Position numbers and translations under genes: made by a program. DNA of 64,000 bases, from contig CAZYNT010000001.1 of NCBI GenBank assembly GCA_964648205.1, positions 47,765 to 111,764 on the forward strand, given 5' to 3'. The notes under the pieces were generated by a model. That model did no database searches and was not told where the DNA came from. It saw nothing but the letters and a program-made list of their open reading frames with translations. Of the stretch, positions 28,257 through 36,603 are shown in pieces. The first letter of the stretch is position 1. The number at the start of each line of letters is the position of its first letter. This stretch comes from an uncultured Gammaproteobacteria bacterium. Lineage in GTDB: Bacteria > Patescibacteriota > Patescibacteriia > Patescibacteriales > UBA12465.

Positions 28257-28287
28257 AAAAACCTGCCTTTCGGGGGCAGGTTTTTTT
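28257..28287. terminator. bidirectional intrinsic terminator
   Basis: AAAAACCTGCC..GGCAGGTTTTT between convergent genes. Confidence 0.8.
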
Positions 28288-28290
28288 GTA

Positions 28291-28803
28291 TTAAATGAAC
28301 CAGATAAATTCCAGCCAGGCCAGCAAGCCCGTGATAATAATCTGGAACAAATTAATAAAATACAATTTCCCGGCGGCGATTGAGAGCGCGCGGCATAAAA
28401 CGAAACTGACAAGCGGCGGGATGGTCAGCGCAAACCAGGCGATTATTTCCGACCAGAAGCCAAGCTGATCGCTCAAATATTCATCGTAAAGCCAGAAGGC
28501 CAGGATGAGCCCGATGAGCGTCATAACTAGCGGTATAACTCCGGCAATCACGTTTCTCTCCTGGTCATACATGGAGCCGAGAGTAATAACCAGCGTCATA
28601 AAAAAAATATAAACTGCGGAAAAAAATAACAGCGTTCCGGCCATTGCGCTTAAAGTGGTGGATTCACGGGAGACAAAAAGCCCGCAAATAACCGCACTAA
28701 AAACAAGGGCTACCAGATTGAATTTGAAATAACGCTTGGTAACTGCGTTTAAAGATTGGATTTTAGCTTTGAGAGTTTCTCTCTCATTAAAGTTTGGCTT
28801 CAT
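28291..28803 (-). CDS. hypothetical membrane protein
   Basis: Five hydrophobic segments. Confidence 0.7.
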   Translation of the reverse strand: MKPNFNERETLKAKIQSLNAVTKRYFKFNLVALVFSAVICGLFVSRESTTLSAMAGTLLFFSAVYIFFMTLVITLGSMYDQERNVIAGVIPLVMTLIGLILAFWLYDEYLSDQLGFWSEIIAWFALTIPPLVSFVLCRALSIAAGKLYFINLFQIIITGLLAWLEFIWFI

Positions 28804-28972
28804 GAGGCAGGGTTTATTTGGTTTATACTGTATTTAAAAAGAACTTTTTTTATTTTAAGGTTTAATAAATTTATCCTTAAAATTATCATAGCATTTAACC
28901 TCTTTTTTAATTTCTTGTCAAGAAAACTTTATCCCCTTTGTCTCAAAACGAAAATTATATTATAATGTAACC

Positions 28973-30439
28973 ATGAAAACAAAAAAAATAATCACTCTTT
29001 TTTTATTTTGCCTGGTTATCCCCTGGCCGGCGGTCGCGCAAACAGAAATCGATCCTAATTTCAACCCCAACAAAATCATCGAGGATGGCGACCTTTTGAA
29101 TTATGATGCCATGAGCCTGCCTGATATCCAAAATTTCTTACAAAGTAAAAATAGCTACCTGGCTAATTATATAACCAGCAATGCGCACGGCACCGCAAAG
29201 TCAGCCGCGGAAATTATCTACGATGCCAGCCATAATAATTATGACTGCGAGGGCATAGCTTTAAGCGAAGCGCCGACAGAACTTGAAAAGCAGCAAAAAT
29301 GCCGAAAGATTACTACGGTCAATCCAAAATTTTTGCTTATCCTTTTACAGAAAGAGGCCAGTTTGATTGAAGATTCGAACCCGCCGCAAGCCCGCCTTGA
29401 TTGGGCGACCGGCTATGGCTGCCCTGACGGCTGGGTCTGCAACCCTTACTATAAAGGATTCGGCAAACAAGTTAACAGCGCCGCCCTGCAATTTCTCGCC
29501 TACATGAACGAACAGGATCACTATACTTATAAAGCCGGCCAAACATACACTTTTTCTAATCCTTACGGCACCATCTCCAAAGAACCGATAGTAGTCACGC
29601 CGCTTAACAAAGCTACGGCGGCTCTTTATAACTATACCCCCCATGTCTTTAACGGAAATTATAACGTCTATAAGCTTTGGAATCGTTATTTCCCAAAAGG
29701 AAATGCTATTATGTACCCAGACGGCTCTATCTTGCAAGTTAAGGGCGACCCGGGCATCTGGCTAATCGAAAACGGAAAAAAGAGGCCATTCTTAAATTAC
29801 TCCGCTTTTGTCTCCCGCTTCAAAACCGACCAAATCATTACGATTGGCGAGGACGAACTTGATAATTATGCTCCCGGCGAGGCGATAAAATTTGCCAACT
29901 ATTCTTTGGTCCAAACTCCGGATAAAACAATTTATTTGCTGGTCGATAAAGAAAAAAGACCATTCGCCAGTTTGGCTGTCTTTAAAAAAATCGGCTTCAA
30001 CCCTGAAGAAATTGAAAAAGCCAGCAGCTCCGATCTAACAATTTATACTACCGGCAAACCGATTACCGCCACTTCGACTTATGTAACCGGCGTCTTAATG
30101 CAAGACACAAAAACGGGCGGAGTTTTTTATGTCGTCGATGGAACCAAGGCGCCACTCACCGATAAAATACTCCTATCCACAAAATTTAAAGGCAAAAAAA
30201 TAATCAAAGCGACTACTAAAACCCTTAATACTTACACCAAGGTCGACCCGGTTATGTTTGATGACGGCACCTTGGTCAAAACTGACAGCTTCCCGACCGT
30301 TTATTTAATTTCCAATAAGCAAAAAAGACCGTTCGCCAGCGAAGAGATTTTTAATAAACTCGGCTATAATTCTAAAAATATCATCTCCGTCTCCTCAAAA
30401 TTCTTATATAATTACACCCAGGGAGAAACGATAAAATAA
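28973..30439 (+). CDS. secreted protein, putative cell-wall hydrolase domain plus four ~60-aa repeats
   Basis: Signal peptide; LLQKEASL, WATGYGCPD, ATAALYNYTPH; repeats of G.LV....P.VYLI..KKRPF. Confidence 0.75.
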   Translation: MKTKKIITLFLFCLVIPWPAVAQTEIDPNFNPNKIIEDGDLLNYDAMSLPDIQNFLQSKNSYLANYITSNAHGTAKSAAEIIYDASHNNYDCEGIALSEAPTELEKQQKCRKITTVNPKFLLILLQKEASLIEDSNPPQARLDWATGYGCPDGWVCNPYYKGFGKQVNSAALQFLAYMNEQDHYTYKAGQTYTFSNPYGTISKEPIVVTPLNKATAALYNYTPHVFNGNYNVYKLWNRYFPKGNAIMYPDGSILQVKGDPGIWLIENGKKRPFLNYSAFVSRFKTDQIITIGEDELDNYAPGEAIKFANYSLVQTPDKTIYLLVDKEKRPFASLAVFKKIGFNPEEIEKASSSDLTIYTTGKPITATSTYVTGVLMQDTKTGGVFYVVDGTKAPLTDKILLSTKFKGKKIIKATTKTLNTYTKVDPVMFDDGTLVKTDSFPTVYLISNKQKRPFASEEIFNKLGYNSKNIISVSSKFLYNYTQGETIK

Positions 30440-30479
30440 GTTTTGCCCGATACCTGAAAAAATATCGCCTCAAAATAAA

Positions 30480-30506
30480 AAAAACTCCGATACGTCGGGG
30501 TTTTTT
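30480..30506 (+). terminator. intrinsic terminator
   Basis: AAAAACTCCGA-TACG-TCGGGGTTTTT. Confidence 0.7.
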
Positions 30507-30601
30507 ATTAGATTAAAATATAATATATTTTTAATATACTGTCAACTTCTCTAAAGAGATTAATTATACTATACTAAAAATACCTAAAAATAACAAAATT
30601 T

Positions 30602-31399
30602 ATGGCTCTAATTAAAACCATGATCCTCCCCCATTCTCCCCTATTGATTCCGGAAATCGGCCGAGCTAATTATAATTTTCTTGATAAAACCGTTAACGCT
30701 TATAAGCAAGTTGGGGAAAGTTTGAAAAATCTTGAAATCGACACTCTAGTTATTATTAGTCCCCATGGTCTATCCCAAGATAATGCTTTTACTGTCAATG
30801 TTGCTCCGGAAATGACTATTAATTTGCAAGACTTCGGCTTTATCCCTCCGAAAACGATTTTAAAAGGAGACTCTCTTTTAGCCGATCAGATTAAGAATGC
30901 TCTCCATAATGAATTTCCGCTTCAATTAATCTCCGAGAGTATTTTAGATTACGGCAGCGCTATCCCGACATATATTTTGAAAGCTCTGACGCCCAGTTTC
31001 AAAATCATCATCCTTACCCCCGCCAGCGGCTTAAGCCTTGAAGAACATTTTAAATTAGGCGAAAATCTTAAAAAAATCCTTGAATCAAGCAATAAAAGAA
31101 TTGCCGTCTTAGCTTCAAGCGACCTGTCTCATCGCCTTAAAAGAAAATCACCTGGCGGCTATTCGCCCAAAGGCGCCAAATTTGATAACAAATTAATCGA
31201 ATATTTAAGCGAACCAAAAACAGCGGCGGAAAATATATTAAAAATGGACACCAATTTTATAAAGGACGCGGGTGAATGCGGCTTAAAGCCGATAGTGATT
31301 TTGCTGGGTATTTTAGAAGATAAAAACACTAAGCCGCGTATCTTGTCTTACCAGACAGATTTCGGAATCGGCTATCTGAGCCTCGAGCTTGAATTCTAA
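30602..31399 (+). CDS. MEMO/LigB-like protein (AmmeMemoRadiSam B-like)
   Basis: PHSPLLIP, ISPHG, SSDLSHRL, AGECGL, FGIGY. Confidence 0.85.
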   Translation: MALIKTMILPHSPLLIPEIGRANYNFLDKTVNAYKQVGESLKNLEIDTLVIISPHGLSQDNAFTVNVAPEMTINLQDFGFIPPKTILKGDSLLADQIKNALHNEFPLQLISESILDYGSAIPTYILKALTPSFKIIILTPASGLSLEEHFKLGENLKKILESSNKRIAVLASSDLSHRLKRKSPGGYSPKGAKFDNKLIEYLSEPKTAAENILKMDTNFIKDAGECGLKPIVILLGILEDKNTKPRILSYQTDFGIGYLSLELEF

Positions 31400-31415
31400 T
31401 TTCCTAGTTTTCAGC

Positions 31416-31451
31416 TTTATGAGCGAAGATAAATTTATGAGCGAAGATAAA
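31416..31451. repeat. 2 x 18-bp tandem duplication over a start codon
   Basis: TTTATGAGCGAAGATAAA twice. Confidence 0.9.
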
Positions 31452-31697
31452 TTTCAATCTTTTGCGGACATAATAAAAATGAAACCAAAGATAAAAGCTC
31501 CCGCCTATCCTTGGCAGGATCTCGCTTTGCGTATTATAAAAGAATTAAATATCCCCAATTTCAAGCGCGCCGCGGTTTTTAAAGTTTGCCGGGACCTGCC
31601 CGCCCATAAAGTTTCGCTTGCCCTTAACGACACCAAGGAGCTCTGCAAAGCCGGAGCCGCTTGGAAATATTTTTTCAAAATCATCGATCAAAAATAA
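31419..31697 (+). CDS. small hypothetical protein
   Basis: ORF tightly spaced before def; start region duplicated (MSEDKFMSEDKF), so the start may be 31437. Confidence 0.75.
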   Translation: MSEDKFMSEDKFQSFADIIKMKPKIKAPAYPWQDLALRIIKELNIPNFKRAAVFKVCRDLPAHKVSLALNDTKELCKAGAAWKYFFKIIDQK

Positions 31698-31701
31698 TTT
31701 T

Positions 31702-32181
31702 ATGCCCAAGCAATTAGAAATATTAATAAATCCTCATCCGATTCTGCGGAAAAAGTCAGCGCCGCTTGACGAAGCAAAAATCTTAAAACCGGAATTCCAA
31801 TCCTTTTTGGCCGACATGGCCGAAACAATGATAAAAAAAGACGGCGCCGGCTTAGCTGCTCCGCAAATCGGCCAGAATATCCGCGTCGTGGTTATCCATT
31901 ATGAAAACCGAACTTTATTCCTTATCAACCCGCAAATAACCAAAAAATCCTGGGCCAAAGAAATAGAGGAAGAGGGCTGCCTGTCAGTGCTTGATGAAAA
32001 AGGCGAAATAATTTACGCGCCGGTCGAACGCCATAAAAAAGTAAACTGCGTCTATATTGATGAAAAAGGCGAAAAGAAAAAAATTATCGCCGAAAAATTA
32101 TTAGCGCGCATCATCCAGCACGAGCTCGACCATCTGGACGGAGTTTTATTCATCGACAAAATCACCAAAAATAAAAAATAA
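31702..32181 (+). CDS. def: peptide deformylase
   Basis: GAGLAAPQIG, EGCLS, QHELDHLDG. Confidence 0.97.
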   Translation: MPKQLEILINPHPILRKKSAPLDEAKILKPEFQSFLADMAETMIKKDGAGLAAPQIGQNIRVVVIHYENRTLFLINPQITKKSWAKEIEEEGCLSVLDEKGEIIYAPVERHKKVNCVYIDEKGEKKKIIAEKLLARIIQHELDHLDGVLFIDKITKNKK

Positions 32182-32184
32182 ATT

Positions 32185-33129
32185 ATGCCTGATTCAAAAA
32201 GCGACAAAAAAATTCGCACTATTTTCATGGGAACGCCCGAGTTTTCCCTGCCCGGATTGGCGAGTTTGATTGCTTCTGCGAATTTTGAAATTGTCGGCAT
32301 TTTTACGCAACCCGATAAGCCGTTCGGACGCAATCAAATATTAACTCCGCCCCCAATAAAAGACCTGGCCTTAAAGCATAATTTAAAAATATTCCAACCA
32401 CTAAAAATAAGATCGGAAATTGAAACCATTAAAAATTTACAGCCCGATCTAATCGTGGTCATCGCTTACGGAAAAATTATTCCGCCAGAAATTTTAAGCA
32501 TTCCAAAATACTCTTGCATTAATGTTCATGCTTCCCTTTTGCCTCGTTACCGCGGTGCCGCCTGTCTGAACGCTCCGATCTTAAACGGCGACGGAGAAAC
32601 CGGGGTCACAATCATGCAAATGGAAGCCGGCCTTGATACCGGGCCGATTCTCAGGCAAGAAGCGATTAAACTAACGGGCGCGGAAACTTTGGAAACAGTC
32701 CACGACGAATTATCCACTCTGAGCGCTAAATTGTTAGTCCCAACTCTAAATGATTTTATTGCCGGAAAAATTACTCCGCAAATCCAAGATGATTCCCGAG
32801 CCAGCTATATCAAAACTTTAAAAAAGGAGGACGGTAAAATTGATTGGGCTAGACCGGCGCTTGAAATCGAAAGAATGGTGCGCGCTTACAACCCCTGGCC
32901 GGGAACTTACACCGTAAGCAACGGCAAGACAATAAAGCTGATATCGGTCGACCATGAAATTTTTAAATCAAATAATCATAAAACTGGAGAATCTTTCTTG
33001 GCCGATGGCCGCTTGGCCATCCAGTGTGGACAAGATTCTTTGGTTATATTAAAATTACAACTTGAGGGTAAAAAAATGATGGAGAGCGCCGAATTCTTGC
33101 GCGGTCACAAAATTGGTCCCTTCGTCTAA
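32185..33129 (+). CDS. fmt: methionyl-tRNA formyltransferase
   Basis: FMGTPEF, NVHASLLPRYRGAA, GLDTG, RAYNPWP. Confidence 0.97.
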   Translation: MPDSKSDKKIRTIFMGTPEFSLPGLASLIASANFEIVGIFTQPDKPFGRNQILTPPPIKDLALKHNLKIFQPLKIRSEIETIKNLQPDLIVVIAYGKIIPPEILSIPKYSCINVHASLLPRYRGAACLNAPILNGDGETGVTIMQMEAGLDTGPILRQEAIKLTGAETLETVHDELSTLSAKLLVPTLNDFIAGKITPQIQDDSRASYIKTLKKEDGKIDWARPALEIERMVRAYNPWPGTYTVSNGKTIKLISVDHEIFKSNNHKTGESFLADGRLAIQCGQDSLVILKLQLEGKKMMESAEFLRGHKIGPFV

Positions 33130-33136
33130 CGGTTAG
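33113..33136 (+). repeat. 24-bp direct copy of the tRNA-Glu 5' end
   Basis: TTGGTCCCTTCGTCTAACGGTTAG identical to 33428-33451. Confidence 0.95.
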
Positions 33137-33165
33137 CTCGCCTCGCTTCGCTCCGGCGAAGCGGG
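33137..33165. repeat. GC-rich REP-like palindrome
   Basis: CTCGCTTCGC-TCCG-GCGAAGCGGG hairpin. Confidence 0.75.
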
Positions 33166-33179
33166 GGCGCCAGATTGAT

Positions 33180-33425
33180 ATGTATAAAATTTACTGGCTA
33201 ATAAACGAAACTAAAGATAAAAGCTATATAGGCTTCACTAATAATTTAGAGCAACGGCTGCAAGAACATCGCTAAGGCAAAACTAAAACAACAAAAAACT
33301 TTGGCAAATTTTCTTTCTCTATCCTAGAAGAAGCAAACAATATAAATGAAGCCAGAAAAATGGAAAAATATTGGAAATCTGGCGGTGGAAGAAAAAAATT
33401 AAAAACAAAATTTAAATTAATATAA
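33180..33425 (+). pseudogene. GIY-YIG nuclease with in-frame TAA
   Basis: MYKIYWL...SYIGFTNNLEQRLQEHR*GKTKTT...EARKMEKYWKSGGGR; stop at 33273-33275. Confidence 0.9.
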
Positions 33426-33429
33426 ATTT

Positions 33430-33501
33430 GGTCCCTTCGTCTAACGGTTAGGACGCCAGGTTCTCATCCTGGTAACAGGGGTTCGATTCCCCTAGGGACT
33501 A
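33430..33501 (+). tRNA. tRNA-Glu(CTC)
   Basis: GGTCCCT/AGGGACT acceptor, CCAGG-TTCTCAT-CCTGG, AGGGG-TTCGATT-CCCCT. Confidence 0.95.
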
Positions 33502-33503
33502 CT

Positions 33504-33541
33504 AACTAAAAACATCCAGTGAATACTGGATGTTTTTAGTT
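33504..33541. terminator. perfect 17-bp hairpin after tRNA-Glu
   Basis: AACTAAAAACATCCAGT-GAAT-ACTGGATGTTTTTAGTT. Confidence 0.8.
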
Positions 33542-33553
33542 AATAATTCGCAA

Positions 33554-33732
33554 CTAGGGGAAGCGAACAGACGGCGAGCCTGCCTACCGGCAGGCAGGCG
33601 AGGCTCGAGTTCGAGTAGAGCGAGAGAGGATGAGCGACGATAAACGCGAGTTGGCGAGCGTTTAGCGGGTCCGTTAAGGGCAACGAGCGGCGCCGAATCA
33701 GGCGTCGTGAGGTGGAATCCACCTAGAGACTA
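33554..33732. repeat. tRNA-derived structured element with REP-like palindrome
   Basis: Left end is an inverted copy of the tRNA T-arm (14/15); right end CCTAGAGACTA matches the tRNA 3' end (10/11); internal GCCTGCCTACCGGCAGGCAGGC. Confidence 0.65.
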
Positions 33733-33766
33733 GAGATAAAAATATCTCGTAAGGGTATTCTTTTAA

Positions 33767-34420
33767 TTATTTCTCTAAAATTAATTCTCCGTTTTTAAGT
33801 GCTTGATCATGAGAGGGACAAGTTGGCCATGGGCGATCCAATACATCTTCAGAATCAAAAAGGAATATGAAACAATCACCAGGAGGAACTTTGCCGTAAT
33901 TATTTGTTAAAATATAATCCTTATCTTTCCAAATAATTCGTGAATAAATAGACCACGGATCAGTCCCAGTCTCAACTCGATGATGTATAACATGAAGACT
34001 AGCCTCTTTGCCATTGCACATATCCCCGGGATGAAACTCACGCACACCCTTCTCGGTTTGCAGATAAAGATTAGATTTATAGTCTGGCGCGTATTCTATA
34101 ATACTACTACCAATTGCCTCAAAAAATGAACTTAATAAAACATACTCATTATTTATAACAAAACCGTCGGCAATAACACTGCCTGATTTACTATGCGCGA
34201 ACAGACCGCCCCTTTTTGTTTTAAGAGCTTCTTCATCTACTTTTAAAAAAATCTCCTCACCACAAGCAAATATACGATAATCAACTCTTGATAAAAGTCT
34301 TTCCATTCCTTTGCTTTTCTCTTTATTTTTTAATACAAAAAATATACTTATGAAAATAATTAATACCGCCAAAAAGCATAAAATCCCAAATTTATAAATA
34401 TGGTTTTTTATTAATTTCAT
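33767..34420 (-). CDS. membrane-anchored hypothetical protein (candidate immunity protein)
   Basis: N-terminal TM, four Cys in the soluble part, starts 2 nt after the upstream stop. Confidence 0.7.
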   Translation of the reverse strand: MKLIKNHIYKFGILCFLAVLIIFISIFFVLKNKEKSKGMERLLSRVDYRIFACGEEIFLKVDEEALKTKRGGLFAHSKSGSVIADGFVINNEYVLLSSFFEAIGSSIIEYAPDYKSNLYLQTEKGVREFHPGDMCNGKEASLHVIHHRVETGTDPWSIYSRIIWKDKDYILTNNYGKVPPGDCFIFLFDSEDVLDRPWPTCPSHDQALKNGELILEK

Positions 34421-34422
34421 AT

Positions 34423-35382
34423 TTAATCAATAACTTCAAGCTCGCCCACGCTTAGAAAATCTCCTTTGCGCGCTTTGATTAATTTATCATAGATCTCATT
34501 CCATTTTTCAATTTCAATTATTGTGATACAGCCAAGCGAAACTCTGCCTGTATGTAAATATCTTTCTCCTTCATGCCCGATTCTAAACCAACTCATCGCC
34601 CTCAGTGCCCTCTTCTCATAATTCCGTCCTTTAGGATGCGGATAATCAGGCAATTCAATGTCATACCAACCTTTTTCCCATGGCGATTCAGGATAATCTG
34701 TAACTTGATATTTTTTATTACCAATAATCAGTTTCTTTTGAGAGGTGGAATATTGCAGATGAATTAAAGACTCATGCTTTACGTCTATTAAAAGACGGGA
34801 ATTACCATTGTTTAGGCTGACAGAGGCTTTTTGATTTTTATATAAACCCTCTAACACCATAAAATATTCCCGCCCGCTTTCAATATATTCTGATTGTACT
34901 TTTAAAAAGGCGGGAAGAGAAACCGTCTCACCACCCGTTATCTTAACTTTAAGCCAGCCATTATCAACATCAGGGATATATCTTACCGTTTTCGTAACCA
35001 AAGCTTCAATCGTAACTTCAAAAAGAGCGGCGGACTTGCCCCACGTCTTGCCAAAACGATTTTCACGAAGTTCAATATTATAGGTGAAATTTTGCTGCTT
35101 AACGTTATCCGTATCAACTTTAATTATCTTTTCTATTTTTCCGATATCGTTAAATAATATATCTTTTTCTAAAACGATGATTTTTACTTTGGCAGAAAAT
35201 GTTTTCTGGTCAGAAGAAAAATCGCCTATCACTTGATTAAATTCGGCGGTTTTTCTATCCCGCATCCTTTTATCAGCGTGAAAAATTTTATCCAATAATT
35301 CTATATCAATATGGATGTCGTTGCCAATTGATTTACCTGTATATTTTATTTTTATAAGTTTGAATTGAATTTTTTTAAGCAT
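34423..35382 (-). CDS. protein with C-terminal Tlde1/YkuD-like L,D-peptidase domain
   Basis: PWEKGWYDI...RYLHTGRVSLGCITI...GELEVID; H-x4-S-x-G-C pattern. Confidence 0.7.
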   Translation of the reverse strand: MLKKIQFKLIKIKYTGKSIGNDIHIDIELLDKIFHADKRMRDRKTAEFNQVIGDFSSDQKTFSAKVKIIVLEKDILFNDIGKIEKIIKVDTDNVKQQNFTYNIELRENRFGKTWGKSAALFEVTIEALVTKTVRYIPDVDNGWLKVKITGGETVSLPAFLKVQSEYIESGREYFMVLEGLYKNQKASVSLNNGNSRLLIDVKHESLIHLQYSTSQKKLIIGNKKYQVTDYPESPWEKGWYDIELPDYPHPKGRNYEKRALRAMSWFRIGHEGERYLHTGRVSLGCITIIEIEKWNEIYDKLIKARKGDFLSVGELEVID

Positions 35383-35392
35383 ACAGATTTTT

Positions 35393-35872
35393 TTAAATTT
35401 TTAATACATCTTGCTCATTTAATATCGACTTCAGCTCCTTGACTTTTATCAACAGAGTTTTAGCGTCTGCATGGGCTTGGTGTAATTCTGCTTCTGAAAT
35501 TCCGATAAAATCACCATATTCGATTCTATTTCTTTTCTTTCTCATTTGCTGAAATCTTTGAAACTCATTACCGAGTTCGCCATTAAGGAAGACGGCGGCG
35601 GCATTAATTACAATATAATGATGACCCTCTCCACTTGCTTTTACTCTATATCCGTTAATTAACAATATGGCTTCACAGCCTAATCTTATAGAATCGTAGA
35701 TATTATTGTACACAATGTCCTCGTCCCCGGTGCCTAATCCGGACAAGTTTTTATTTGCAAAATTATATAATCTATCAGCCTTCTCGATTTTTATTTCAAC
35801 CCCCTTTAAATTGGGTAAAAAAGGCTCAATGGAATTATTACTTAATAATGTTTGAATCTCTTGTAAAATCAT
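35393..35872 (-). CDS. HEPN domain protein
   Basis: Y.SIR...EAILL..GYR...GHH and MRKKRNRIEYG; adjacent to MNT. Confidence 0.8.
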   Translation of the reverse strand: MILQEIQTLLSNNSIEPFLPNLKGVEIKIEKADRLYNFANKNLSGLGTGDEDIVYNNIYDSIRLGCEAILLINGYRVKASGEGHHYIVINAAAVFLNGELGNEFQRFQQMRKKRNRIEYGDFIGISEAELHQAHADAKTLLIKVKELKSILNEQDVLKI

Positions 35873-36425
35873 ATGGATCCCCTTTTAATTTAATTATTGG
35901 TGATAAGAATATATTAGATATAAAATTATTTTTTTCTTTAATCTTTTTAATAATTTCCTGACTACTGTAAATATGATAATTTATTTCTCTGGCAATTTTG
36001 CCCTCTATAGAACTTACCATGATAGTAAGGGCCTCTTGATCGATGTTTCCAATTAACATTAAATCAATATCGCTATTATTATTTTCCGTTCCTCTGGCTA
36101 TTGATCCGAAAATAAAAGCGCATTCCACATTATCAAGTTTATCGATTAACTTTTTTAGTTCATTTTCTAAGCCGCTTGTTTTCGAAATAATGCTTTTTAT
36201 TTCTTCATAAAGTGGGTGTTCTTTATTTAATCTAAAAAAACGCATATTTCCGCGACGTTCATCTAATAAGATTTTATCATCCACCAAATTATCTAAATAT
36301 TTTTGATAATGACTCGGCTCTTTTTTTAGATTTTTAGCAATTTCTCTAAAATAATATTCTTTTTTTGAGTCTTCAAAAAAAAGCTTAAGGATTTCCCCTT
36401 CCCCGTTTTTTAAAAAATTTAGCAT
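35838..36425 (-). CDS. HTH-fused minimal nucleotidyltransferase (MNT)
   Basis: N-terminal wHTH (YYFREIAK), FIFGSIARG...SDIDLMLIG. Confidence 0.9.
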   Translation of the reverse strand: MLNFLKNGEGEILKLFFEDSKKEYYFREIAKNLKKEPSHYQKYLDNLVDDKILLDERRGNMRFFRLNKEHPLYEEIKSIISKTSGLENELKKLIDKLDNVECAFIFGSIARGTENNNSDIDLMLIGNIDQEALTIMVSSIEGKIAREINYHIYSSQEIIKKIKEKNNFISNIFLSPIIKLKGDPYDFTRDSNIIK

Positions 36426-36471
36426 ATAGTATGTTTAATAATTTTTATTTCAATTATTCTTGATTATATTA

Positions 36472-36512
36472 TACATAATTTATGTACAATTGTACATACT
36501 TTATGTACATAA
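36472..36512. promoter_or_regulatory. palindromic operator array
   Basis: Perfect 18-bp palindrome TATGTACAATTGTACATA (36481-36498), TTATGTACATAA (36501-36512), three TGTACA boxes. Confidence 0.6.
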
Positions 36513-36603
36513 GCTAATATTAGCCAACGATTACACACTTATTAAGAAAAATATATTATCTCAAAACTTTCCTCCACCTCTCAATTTCGCCCATATCCTA
36601 TAT

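Noticed and set aside
31419-31697. DnaD-like domain assignment from the WKYFFKII ending
   Set aside because: The resemblance is too short to support without a profile search
33273-33275. TAA in GIY-YIG as recoding or an alternative genetic code
   Set aside because: TAA, TAG and TGA all act as stops elsewhere in the window; a nonsense mutation is simpler
33540-33722. 60-aa ORF containing LACLPVGR
   Set aside because: It is a translation of the palindromic repeat element
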